Below, piece by piece: positions 7,443-15,868 of a stretch of 27,773 bases of DNA. The first letter of the stretch is position 1. Every line of letters starts with the position of its first letter. This DNA comes from Candidatus Latescibacterota bacterium (GTDB lineage Bacteria > Latescibacterota > UBA2968), in NCBI GenBank assembly GCA_038279365.1, contig JAYODI010000036.1:1-27773 (forward strand). The letters run 5' to 3'. Under the pieces are notes generated by a model. It saw nothing but the letters and a program-made list of their open reading frames with translations, ran no database searches and was not told the DNA's origin. Position numbers and translations under genes: made by a program.

Positions 7443-8741
7443 ATGCACGAAATTGAAGCCCAACAAACCCCAGAACGCGCCATTGCCGTCGGTTTGATCT
7501 TGCCCAACATGGAAGTTCAAAATGCCGAAGACACCCTCGACGAACTGTCATTACTTGCAGACACTGCAGGTGTAGAGGTGGTTCACCGTGTTTTGCAAGA
7601 ACGCACAACCATAGACCCAACCTATCTCATTGGTCGGGGCAAAGCCGGTGAAATTGTCGAGATGATTCACGACTTAGACGCCCAAGTCGTCATTTTTGAC
7701 GATGACCTCTCTCCTGCCCAAACACGTAATCTCGAAACACTGATGGGTGTCAAAATTATTGACCGCAGTCGCCTTATTCTCGACATATTTGCCAGCCGCG
7801 CCCAAACCCGAGAAGCCCAAACACAAGTCGAATTGGCACAACTCATCTACATGCTTCCCCGCTTAACCCGCCAATGGACACACCTTTCCAGGCAAGCAGG
7901 CAGTGCCGGAGGGGGCGGTGTGGGCACACGTGGCCCAGGCGAAACACAACTGGAAGTAGATCGTCGCGCAACGCGTTATCGTATCGAAGTTTTGCGCAAA
8001 GCACTCAAACGCATTGCCAAACAACGTGCCGTTTCACGCAAACAACGCACCAACATATTCCAAGCGGCATTGGTCGGGTATACCAATGCCGGCAAATCAA
8101 CCCTTATGCGTGCCTTATCGGGGGCCGACGTATTTATCGAAAACCGGCTCTTTGCCACACTCGATTCCACCACACGCAAAGTATCCTTAGGTTATAACCG
8201 CGACATTCTTTTGTCAGATACGGTGGGGTTTATCAAAAAATTGCCCCACCATTTGGTGGCCTCATTTCGCAGCACCCTCGAAGAAGCCATCGAAGCAGAT
8301 CTCTTGCTGCACGTCGTCGATGCCAGTCATCCGGCCTGTTTAGAGCACATTACAACCGTCAATGGGGTGCTTGAAGAATTGGGCGTGTCTGAAAACCCTG
8401 TTAAAATGGTCTTTAACAAAATTGATTTGCTCCAAGACAACAGTCAAAGAGAAGCCCTCGAAATCAAATACCCCAACAGCATTTGGGTCTCGGCCCATAC
8501 CGGAGATGGCATAGAAGACCTCAAGTGGGCCATATACAACCATCTTGAAGGCGAACGCATCACCCTAAACCTGCAAATTCCCCAAAGTGAAGGCAAGTTG
8601 CTATCAGACCTACATCGTGTGGGTGAAGTGCTACACACAGCATATGAAGGCAACGATGTGATCTTAGAAATCAAACTCAATCAACAAAATGCCCAAAAAT
8701 TACTTCCCAACAACCGTTTTAAATTGGAAGCCACATCCTAA
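7443..8741 (+). CDS. hflX: GTPase HflX (ribosome-splitting factor)
   Basis: LILDIFASRA, QVELAQL, GTRGPGETQLEVDRR; G1 GYTNAGKS, G2 FATLD, G3 DTVG, G4 NKID, G5 SA. Confidence 0.97.
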   Translation: MHEIEAQQTPERAIAVGLILPNMEVQNAEDTLDELSLLADTAGVEVVHRVLQERTTIDPTYLIGRGKAGEIVEMIHDLDAQVVIFDDDLSPAQTRNLETLMGVKIIDRSRLILDIFASRAQTREAQTQVELAQLIYMLPRLTRQWTHLSRQAGSAGGGGVGTRGPGETQLEVDRRATRYRIEVLRKALKRIAKQRAVSRKQRTNIFQAALVGYTNAGKSTLMRALSGADVFIENRLFATLDSTTRKVSLGYNRDILLSDTVGFIKKLPHHLVASFRSTLEEAIEADLLLHVVDASHPACLEHITTVNGVLEELGVSENPVKMVFNKIDLLQDNSQREALEIKYPNSIWVSAHTGDGIEDLKWAIYNHLEGERITLNLQIPQSEGKLLSDLHRVGEVLHTAYEGNDVILEIKLNQQNAQKLLPNNRFKLEATS

Positions 8742-8755
8742 ATAAACAGGGCAAT

Positions 8756-8802
8756 ACAAACAAAAGCGGCGTGCTTATAAAAAGCACGCCGCTTTTGTTT
8801 GT
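8756..8802. terminator. Bidirectional intrinsic terminator
   Basis: 21-bp perfect inverted repeat ACAAACAAAAGCGGCGTGCTT / AAGCACGCCGCTTTTGTTTGT with a 5-nt loop, between convergent hflX and bactofilin. Confidence 0.9.
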
Positions 8803-8815
8803 GATATAAATCATC

Positions 8816-9214
8816 CTATCCAACAGCCTGTTCAACCTCAACAGGTCTTTGCACGTCTGGCAAAACAATGGCTTCTTCACTGCCAGCATCGCATACACCG
8901 TGCAAGACAGCACCCTCTTCAATAATGAGCACCTTGGCCGTAATATCGCCAATCATCTCTGCACTCGCCTCAAGTTTAACCAAATGTGAAGCCTCAATAG
9001 AACCGCGAATACGCCCCGCCACAATGGCATCTTTCACACGAATGGGATGAGCATTTACTTCGCCAGAAGCCCCCACAACCAAAGCACCAGATGATGTCAA
9101 GCTGCCTTTCAAAACACCATCTACCCGAATCCCATCGGCCACTTCAAAACGCCCTTCTAAGACAGACCCTTTTCCCACCACAGTATTTACGGCTTCTGTT
9201 GTTTTTTTGGACAT
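8816..9214 (-). CDS. Bactofilin (polymer-forming cytoskeletal protein, CcmA family)
   Basis: TVVGKGSVLEG...IRVDGVLKG...GDITAKVLIIEEGAVLHGVC beta-helix pattern; 132 aa. Confidence 0.93.
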   Translation of the reverse strand: MSKKTTEAVNTVVGKGSVLEGRFEVADGIRVDGVLKGSLTSSGALVVGASGEVNAHPIRVKDAIVAGRIRGSIEASHLVKLEASAEMIGDITAKVLIIEEGAVLHGVCDAGSEEAIVLPDVQRPVEVEQAVG

Positions 9215-9238
9215 TTTGAAACAATCCGGAAGTTAAGA

Positions 9239-10051
9239 CTATTTGGGTAAAAATTCACGCGGATCACGAGCACGCCCATGTTCAACCACTTCATAATGCA
9301 AGTGTGGCCCACTGCTCTGCCCAGAATTACCTACCAATGCAATCTGTTGTCCGCGACGAACACTTTCTCCTTCAGACACCAACAAGGCGCCATTATGACC
9401 AAAGCGCGTAAGATAACCATCGCCATGATCAATCACCACCAGACGCCCCAAAATATCATCATCACCCGCAACCACCACACGCCCATCTGCAGTCGCCTGC
9501 ACTGGCGTGCCAGCAGCAGCCACAATATCAATGCCCAAATGCTGATTGCGCAACATGCCTTCTTGGGCTTGATACTCGCGAGAAACCCAACCCAGTGCCC
9601 GTGAAATTGGCCAAATAGAAGGCGTGCGGCGCGCATCCACCTCCTCGCGCCCACGTAATTGCCCACGCACCATGGTCACTTGTTCTTCAACCACTTGAGG
9701 CGATGCAACAGGAACTGTATAAGCAGCAGGACGCAAGTCAATGTTGGGAGATAAAATCGTCCGAAGTTGCTGATCCCAAGCCTTCATACGTGTCACGACC
9801 TGCGCCAACTCATCTACACGCGCCATTTCTGTTTGTAAGCGCAAATTGTCTCTTAGCAAAGAATCGGCACGGCCCTCCCAATAATGGGCCTGCCAAAAAA
9901 ACACACCACCTGCAAAAACACATCCAACCAAGCAAACCAAAATACCTCCAAGCAAACCAAGCAAAACATAACTCAGTTTAAACTCTAAGGTGCGTGATCC
10001 ATCATCGGGAATCACCAATATGGAAAGCTGTTTTTGACGTCTTTTAGCCAA
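9239..10051 (-). CDS. M23 family metallopeptidase with N-terminal TM helix and coiled coil (Csd1/LmdC-like)
   Basis: HLGID (HxxxD) and GPHLHYEV (HxH) zinc motifs; one TM segment, then a coiled coil. Start placed at TTG 10051 after a GGGAG SD. Confidence 0.92.
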   Translation of the reverse strand: MAKRRQKQLSILVIPDDGSRTLEFKLSYVLLGLLGGILVCLVGCVFAGGVFFWQAHYWEGRADSLLRDNLRLQTEMARVDELAQVVTRMKAWDQQLRTILSPNIDLRPAAYTVPVASPQVVEEQVTMVRGQLRGREEVDARRTPSIWPISRALGWVSREYQAQEGMLRNQHLGIDIVAAAGTPVQATADGRVVVAGDDDILGRLVVIDHGDGYLTRFGHNGALLVSEGESVRRGQQIALVGNSGQSSGPHLHYEVVEHGRARDPREFLPK

Positions 10052-10091
10052 ACTTTGTAGCTCCCAAAAAGAAGGGCAATTATGCCTGTGC

Positions 10092-10120
10092 AATATACAA
10101 GTGCACAATTTAAAAGTCAA
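10092..10120 (-). promoter_or_regulatory. sigma70-type promoter for the M23-bactofilin pair
   Basis: TTGACT-N17-TATATT, overlapped by the inverted repeat TGTGCA-N9-TGCACA (10087-10107). Confidence 0.7.
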
Positions 10121-10141
10121 ATATTAAGCCAAATAAGCCAT

Positions 10142-10636
10142 TTATCGGCTTTTTTTAAACACACGATCAGCCAAAATATGAAACAGATCGGGCAAACACA
10201 ACCCACACAACCCCCAAATAACAACGCGCTGATCCACTGCGTTTAAGTCTTTGATCGACAACCGCCACCCCATATCAAAAAGCGCATTTGCCATTGCACA
10301 CACAGCATAAGCCAACAACAAAATATATATCACGCGGGTGAGCGTACCCAATATAGGCATATGCGAAACCCCCCGATGCTTAAATAAATTGGCATAGGGG
10401 CGCCAAAGCAACCGCAACACACCCCAGTTTTTCATAGGATCACTGGTGTTCAAATCCATATCGGGCGACAACAAAAACGTGCCAAACAAATAGGCCACAA
10501 CAAAAATGCTGCCATATTCAGAAAATTCATCACGACCAAAATAATCTGTCAGTGACGACCAAAAATAACCTGCAATGCCAATCATAACAATGAGCAAAAA
10601 CAAATCTATACGTGTGTGTGTTTTTCCTGATGGCAT
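10142..10636 (-). CDS. DUF2227-family putative metal-binding membrane protein
   Basis: MPSGKTH N-terminus, LSPDMD, HRGVSHMPILGT and HILAD motifs; several TM segments. Confidence 0.85.
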   Translation of the reverse strand: MPSGKTHTRIDLFLLIVMIGIAGYFWSSLTDYFGRDEFSEYGSIFVVAYLFGTFLLSPDMDLNTSDPMKNWGVLRLLWRPYANLFKHRGVSHMPILGTLTRVIYILLLAYAVCAMANALFDMGWRLSIKDLNAVDQRVVIWGLCGLCLPDLFHILADRVFKKSR

Positions 10637-10639
10637 AAT

Positions 10640-11602
10640 TTAAAACCGAAGGGTCTGTATTCCACTGCGATTTGAAAACAACAACATAGACGATACCCAC
10701 GCCAAGCCCGAAAAACCCGGTGTACGCTGAATCACCTGTTGAGACAAAAGACCCGTGGGCAAAAGACGCACCAAATAAACACGTCCGTCAATCCCCCCAA
10801 TGGCCAACTGCGCCATTTGGGCATCCAAACTCAATGCACGCACCCGCTCCTCTGTCATATTGCCCCGCCAAATCACATGCCCACCTTGCCCAGACAAGAG
10901 TTGTATTTCACCACCTTCATCGCCAAAGCCCACTTCCAAAGCAATCAAAGGTCGCCCATCTTCAAATGCCATCGCACACAAATCTCCCACATGTCCATCT
11001 ATGACAAATTCAAACTTCTTAGTTAAACCAGCCCCTGTCCATTGTAAAAAGAACACCTCAGATCGCCCAATTTCAGCTCCAAAATCAACAGCATAAAGCG
11101 TTACCCCCACCTCCGCCAAACCATCACCATCTACATCACCCACCATCACCCGGTCGGTCCATTCATTTGGCAAATCTACGCGTGCAATCTCTGCAAGCTG
11201 CCCCCCCACAACATCAAACACCCGCACCAGTCCCATCCCAACAACAACCACCTCATCCAAGCCATCACCATCCACATCGCCACCTGCAACATCGTTTACC
11301 ACATATAAATCATTGCGCTCACAAAGCGGTTGTAACAAATCCCCATCCACACGATAGACCCCTACCCCAGCCCGACGCAAAAAGCGTGGCACATCAACCG
11401 CCACTGCCGGTCCTATGCGCCCCCCAGCGATGACCTCCCACACTCCATCCCCATCAACATCAGCCCTTGCCATACGCACCTGCTGCCCCCCCAAATCTCC
11501 CCAAGCCACACCACCAAAGGAAAAACAAAACAATAAAACCCACACCCCACACAATAACCATTTACACGTTGTCATTTTCATCCACCATTTGCCGTTTGCC
11601 AT
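10640..11602 (-). CDS. Secreted FG-GAP/VCBS-repeat protein (beta-propeller-like)
   Basis: Signal-peptide-like N-terminus; three DVDGDG Ca-binding repeats (ADVDGDGVWEV, GDVDGDGLDEV, GDVDGDGLAEV). The true start may be a few codons downstream. Confidence 0.8.
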   Translation of the reverse strand: MANGKWWMKMTTCKWLLCGVWVLLFCFSFGGVAWGDLGGQQVRMARADVDGDGVWEVIAGGRIGPAVAVDVPRFLRRAGVGVYRVDGDLLQPLCERNDLYVVNDVAGGDVDGDGLDEVVVVGMGLVRVFDVVGGQLAEIARVDLPNEWTDRVMVGDVDGDGLAEVGVTLYAVDFGAEIGRSEVFFLQWTGAGLTKKFEFVIDGHVGDLCAMAFEDGRPLIALEVGFGDEGGEIQLLSGQGGHVIWRGNMTEERVRALSLDAQMAQLAIGGIDGRVYLVRLLPTGLLSQQVIQRTPGFSGLAWVSSMLLFSNRSGIQTLRF

Positions 11603-12310
11603 TTAAAACCCCCGATCATCCAAATGCACCCAAGATGCCTGTTGCACCCCATTGACCAACACCGAAGTCTCAATGAGAGGCAACACAAAATCGACGCCCA
11701 CATCTAAGGCTTCGTTGAAAATTTCTTGTGCGCGTATATTGGCATCCGACCGGTTTTGATCCACATCAACATCCACAGCATCACCATAAATATGACGGCT
11801 AAATGTGGCACCACCCACAGATTGATTGTGTTCAGGCGAACGAAAAGCACTGCTAAGCACCAATGCGCGCCCCAAACCCGAGCGAATAAATTGCATATGT
11901 TGTGCCATCTGTGCATCTACATAAGCACGTGTGCCCCCACGTTGCAAGGTGGGGCCAACAAATTCGGATAACCTGAAGTGATCACTCACCCGTGCAGTTG
12001 TTGGCGCTTCTGTCAAATCTATAAAATATTTCACCCGCTCATAATATGCCACATGAGACAAACCAAATGGATTGCTCTCGGGTGTTGGATACGTGTTGCT
12101 CAATGCAGCATCTGTAACCAAGTTCAAACGCAACCCACTTGCAAAAACCACCTGTGGCAAATACGGCGGGTTCAATGGTCCTATCTGATCAGCATCACCA
12201 ATTACCACATTCACCGATACACCCGTGCCACGTCCACACCCTGTTAGGGATATCCAGTACAAGAGGAAAATGAAAACGCCCAATCCTATTTTTTTTACAT
12301 TAAAAATCAT
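11603..12310 (-). CDS. Peptidase M15A (D-Ala-D-Ala carboxypeptidase-like, Zn) lipoprotein
   Basis: Lipobox LTGC; HFRLSEF, SAFRSPEHNQSVGGA, SRHIYGDAVD (H-x6-D), WVHLD. Confidence 0.88.
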   Translation of the reverse strand: MIFNVKKIGLGVFIFLLYWISLTGCGRGTGVSVNVVIGDADQIGPLNPPYLPQVVFASGLRLNLVTDAALSNTYPTPESNPFGLSHVAYYERVKYFIDLTEAPTTARVSDHFRLSEFVGPTLQRGGTRAYVDAQMAQHMQFIRSGLGRALVLSSAFRSPEHNQSVGGATFSRHIYGDAVDVDVDQNRSDANIRAQEIFNEALDVGVDFVLPLIETSVLVNGVQQASWVHLDDRGF

Positions 12311-12366
12311 TTTATTTTAACGCCACACAAAATATACACATCATCAGTAAGCAACCATGTTGGGTT

Positions 12367-13194
12367 TTATTTTTGTTCGACAACATTCATCAAAGCCTGT
12401 TTCGCTTTAAAACGAACCCCCGAATCCGCATCTTGCAACATCGGTTCCAATACCCCTCGAACATCAGGCCCACCCAAACGCCCCAATGCAGAAACAGCCG
12501 CCGCACGTACTCGCGGGTTTTCGTGAGTCAGTTTGCGACCACATGCACGCACCGCGCGTCGATCACCCGTCTTGCCCAATCCAACCAATGCGGCAGAAAC
12601 CACCGTATCACTCGAATCCTCCAACGCACTGGCCAAAGCCGGCACCACCTCAGCCCCTCCCACATCTCCCAATGCATGAGCAGCAGCAATGCGCACCCAA
12701 TCATTCGGGTGGCTCAAATGTGCCCGCATCACATCCACACCCTGTTTGGCCCGAATCTTACCCAAAGCATCCAAACTGCGCATCAACGTTTGCCAATCCA
12801 CCTCTGACTCTGCCAAAGCAACCAAAGCGTTAACGGCACCATCACCCAACTTGATAAGCTGAGATTCAAAATGCAATTTGGCTTCCCCACCAGCAGCAGC
12901 CATCAATCTGGCCAACAATTGTGCCGCGGCTTCCGGTTGGGTTTGATGAATGCTGTCAATTACAGCCTGCACAAGGCTTCGTTGCCCCACCCCATATTGT
13001 TCAGTTAAAAACACCTGCCCTTCTTTAAGCACAACCAAAGCCAGCCCCAATTCCAAACGGTTCTCGCGCGAAGTCTCTTTGGCAACAAACTTTTTTTTCA
13101 AAGCCTCAACATTCACCTGCTGATCTGTCATCTGTGTTTGACCACACCCCAAAACCATCACAAACAGACAATTTAGCCAAAAAATGTGTCGCAT
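12367..13194 (-). CDS. HEAT-repeat (PBS lyase-like) lipoprotein
   Basis: Start moved to ATG 13194 (GGAG SD), giving MRHIFWLNCLFVMVLGC with a lipobox. Repeats include VRIAAAHALG, VVSAALVGLG, VRAAAVSALG and VRFKAKQAL. Confidence 0.85.
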   Translation of the reverse strand: MRHIFWLNCLFVMVLGCGQTQMTDQQVNVEALKKKFVAKETSRENRLELGLALVVLKEGQVFLTEQYGVGQRSLVQAVIDSIHQTQPEAAAQLLARLMAAAGGEAKLHFESQLIKLGDGAVNALVALAESEVDWQTLMRSLDALGKIRAKQGVDVMRAHLSHPNDWVRIAAAHALGDVGGAEVVPALASALEDSSDTVVSAALVGLGKTGDRRAVRACGRKLTHENPRVRAAAVSALGRLGGPDVRGVLEPMLQDADSGVRFKAKQALMNVVEQK

Positions 13195-13227
13195 AACGGC
13201 TCTCCAGGATATTTTTTTAGGATGCAC

Positions 13228-13256
13228 AATATAACAACACCTTGATAATTGGTCAA
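13228..13256 (-). promoter_or_regulatory. sigma70-type promoter heading the HEAT-M15A-FG-GAP-DUF2227 cluster
   Basis: TTGACC-N17-TATATT with extended -10 TG. Confidence 0.7.
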
Positions 13257-13296
13257 TTACAGGCACACCATGCGCGGTGTGCAATTTAAAAACGCC

Positions 13297-13325
13297 TTGA
13301 CCCCACACCCATATCACCTTATTTT
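13297..13325 (+). promoter_or_regulatory. sigma70-type promoter for flgM
   Basis: TTGACC-N17-TATTTT. A weak sigma28-like TAAA-N16-ACCCATAT (13287-13314) overlaps it. Confidence 0.5.
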
Positions 13326-13350
13326 CTAAATATATCTTAAGGAGCCATTT

Positions 13351-13671
13351 ATGCCAGGAAGAATAGAAGGTAACTTACCCCCTCAAGGCCCGCAGCGCAC
13401 ACAAGAAAACAATGCGCGGCGCGTTCAAGAAAATCGCAACCGAGAAATATCATCAACAACCGATGCAGGTGATCGCGTAGAGCTATCTGCTGTGGCACAA
13501 GAAACGCGAGAACTCGAATCCCAGCTGCAAAATGAGGTGCGCAATCTTCCCGATGTCCGGCAAGACCGAATCGCTGAAGTACGCGAACGCATCGCCTCAG
13601 GACACTTTGACAACGAAAGTGTTCGCCGTGTTATTGCAGATCGTATTCTAACGCAACTCGGTTTAGAATAA
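13351..13671 (+). CDS. flgM: Anti-sigma-28 factor FlgM family protein
   Basis: 106 aa; disordered N-terminus, DRVELS, LPDVRQDRIAEVRERIASGHF...IADRIL matching the FlgM C-terminal motif; AAGGAG SD. Confidence 0.85.
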   Translation: MPGRIEGNLPPQGPQRTQENNARRVQENRNREISSTTDAGDRVELSAVAQETRELESQLQNEVRNLPDVRQDRIAEVRERIASGHFDNESVRRVIADRILTQLGLE

Positions 13672-13689
13672 ACCTACCCAAAGATACGC

Positions 13690-13729
13690 AAAAAGGGTCA
13701 ACACGCACAAAACGTGTTGACCCTTTTTT
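13690..13729. terminator. Bidirectional intrinsic terminator
   Basis: AAAAAGGGTCAACACG / CGTGTTGACCCTTTTT with a 7-nt loop, between convergent genes. Confidence 0.92.
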
Positions 13730-13748
13730 ATTTTTTGACTGAATGGTC

Positions 13749-14204
13749 TTAAAAACCTTTTCTGAGCTGCACCCCCATCTTACCTTTCATCAAATCACCG
13801 TCCAACCCCAAAGACACACCCTTTACATTGACAATCCCTTCCTGCATTTTAGGAGAAGGCAAATTGTCATCGTCTTTCATAAACAAATGCACCGAATACA
13901 CAATGGCGCCAATACCCAAAACACCATATACAGCTGCGCGTGTATCATGGCGTTTGCTCTCATCATAAAGATCACGTGCCACCGACACAGTACCCGAAAG
14001 CTTGTAGGCATCATAGGCATCGTTGGCTTGGTTCTTCGAGTCTAAGGCTTCTTTAATAAAAAAACCGCCCAGCCCCAACATCAGAGCACCATGAAATTTT
14101 TTATTGATTAAAAAGTCTTTATCCAATGCTTGGGCTGGAACCGTTAAACCACCCAACAACACAACAACAAGCAAACCTGCAACACCCCGTACTAAAAATC
14201 GCAT
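13749..14204 (-). CDS. Hypothetical exported/membrane protein, co-transcribed with tolC
   Basis: Start at ATG 14204 after GGAGG. Signal peptide ending AQA; two Gly-rich hydrophobic segments; C-terminus GVQLRKGF. Confidence 0.75.
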   Translation of the reverse strand: MRFLVRGVAGLLVVVLLGGLTVPAQALDKDFLINKKFHGALMLGLGGFFIKEALDSKNQANDAYDAYKLSGTVSVARDLYDESKRHDTRAAVYGVLGIGAIVYSVHLFMKDDDNLPSPKMQEGIVNVKGVSLGLDGDLMKGKMGVQLRKGF

Positions 14205-14217
14205 ACCATCCTCCGAC

Positions 14218-15582
14218 CTATTTTTCATTTTCTTCTGAAGAGAGACCCAATTCATTTTCCAATTGTGCCATTTGAATCAAATAGTCATACTGCGCCTGAA
14301 CCAAGCTGTTTCTTGCATTAAACAAGTCGCGTTGGGCGGTCAAGCGTTCCAAAAATGTACCCCCACCAAAATTATAGCGTTCTTCTTCCAACTTAAAGTT
14401 TTCTTCTTGCGCCTGCACCGCAATTTCCTGCGCTTCAATCTGACGGCGCAACCGTCCCAATGTCAAATAGCGCAATTTTACATTTAATGCCTTTTGCCGT
14501 TTGGCCTGATCCAAAACGACTTGGCTGCGCATATATTGCAACTTCTGCTGTTTGAGATTATTGGTGGTATTAAAGTTAAAAATAGGCATGCTGACATTAA
14601 TGCTCATACTATAACTATAATTCTTTAAAAACAAATCTTCCAAACCGCCAAATTTTTCTTCTTTGCTAATGCTCCAACCAAATGATCCCACATTCAAACG
14701 AACGGTTGGATGATACAAACTGTATTTGGTTGCACGATAATCATCTTTAGAAGCCAACATGCTATACTTCGACGATAAAATATCGGGGTTTTCTTCCAAA
14801 GCCAAACCCACCGCTTCATCATAGGTATAACGGGGTTCTTCAAGCGCAAATTCTTCTTCTGCTGGAATCACATCCACATCGGTTCCCAAACCCAAAGCAA
14901 ACCCCAAATTGGATCGCCGAATCAGCACATCATTTTCTCGTTGAATCAATGTGGCTTTTTCACTGGCCAACTGCGCTTTGGCATTGGCCACCTGCAAAAT
15001 GGCAGCAGAACCAATCTCATATAGCGTTTCGGATCGGCGCAAGCTTTCCTCAGATACACGCACCCGTTCTTGTTGCACTTCGAGCAACTTCATGGCCTGC
15101 AACACCTGAAAGTAATTTTGCTTGACCGAAAAGATCACATCAAAACGCGTTCCAATTTGTGTGATTTGCTGTTGTTGCAAACGCTTTTTACTGGCAGATA
15201 ACGAGGCAATCACATTGCCATCGTATAGAGGTATCGAAAATCCACCAATTGAAACACTTTGTCCACCACTAATGCTCTCATCTCCAACCAAGTTAAGAAT
15301 TTGCCCCGTGGTTTCATCCAAAACGGAGCGCTCACTGGGCCCACGCACATTGCGGCTGGAACTCCAGTTAAAAGAAGATGAACTGGGCAAAAACCGGTTC
15401 CGCTGTTGATCAACAGACACCTCTGATAGAGCAACTGTATATTTACCTTGTTCAAGCGTTAAATTATTTGAAAGCGCAACGTCAATACATTCTGCCAACG
15501 TCAAACGCATTTCTGTTTGTGCAAAGGCTTGAGCCCCCAAAAACACGGTAAAACATAAAAAACATCCGACAAATCGCATCAT
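14218..15582 (-). CDS. TolC-family outer membrane efflux protein
   Basis: Signal peptide AFA-Q; LTLAECIDVALSNN, VKQNYFQVL, YEIG, ERYNFG, two OEP repeats. Start at ATG 15582 after GGAG. Confidence 0.92.
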   Translation of the reverse strand: MMRFVGCFLCFTVFLGAQAFAQTEMRLTLAECIDVALSNNLTLEQGKYTVALSEVSVDQQRNRFLPSSSSFNWSSSRNVRGPSERSVLDETTGQILNLVGDESISGGQSVSIGGFSIPLYDGNVIASLSASKKRLQQQQITQIGTRFDVIFSVKQNYFQVLQAMKLLEVQQERVRVSEESLRRSETLYEIGSAAILQVANAKAQLASEKATLIQRENDVLIRRSNLGFALGLGTDVDVIPAEEEFALEEPRYTYDEAVGLALEENPDILSSKYSMLASKDDYRATKYSLYHPTVRLNVGSFGWSISKEEKFGGLEDLFLKNYSYSMSINVSMPIFNFNTTNNLKQQKLQYMRSQVVLDQAKRQKALNVKLRYLTLGRLRRQIEAQEIAVQAQEENFKLEEERYNFGGGTFLERLTAQRDLFNARNSLVQAQYDYLIQMAQLENELGLSSEENEK

Positions 15583-15632
15583 AAAACACTCCATCAACCG
15601 TTAAATGCCATCTATTATTTCGCCACAGAGAT

Positions 15633-15660
15633 TAGACGAAACAATTGCAAAAAAGTTACC
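15633..15660 (-). promoter_or_regulatory. ECF sigma-type promoter for tolC
   Basis: GGTAAC-TTTTTTGCAATTGTTT (N16)-CGTCTA on the minus strand: AAC/CGT motifs with a T-tract after -35. Confidence 0.6.
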
Positions 15661-15868
15661 AAGTATTTGCTTACTTTTTAAACCTCCTAAAGAAAACAGA
15701 AAGTCCAATAAAAGAAAAGCGAAAAATTTTCTGCCACACAACAAATCAAGGCCAATATAATCAATAATTTAAAAAACGAATTTGTTCTCAAAAATCCTAA
15801 CAGAGGGCTCAGCAATGTATCTTGGTGGTATGATTATGGCACAAAGCAGATAAGACAATGTGGCACCG

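Noticed and set aside
15598..15868. Long AT-rich gaps (also 21176-21459 and 1328-1618) as possible ncRNA or riboswitch loci
   Set aside because: No recognisable riboswitch, tRNA or stable structure by eye, and promoters and terminators account for part of each gap. An Rfam/Infernal scan would be needed to exclude them fully.
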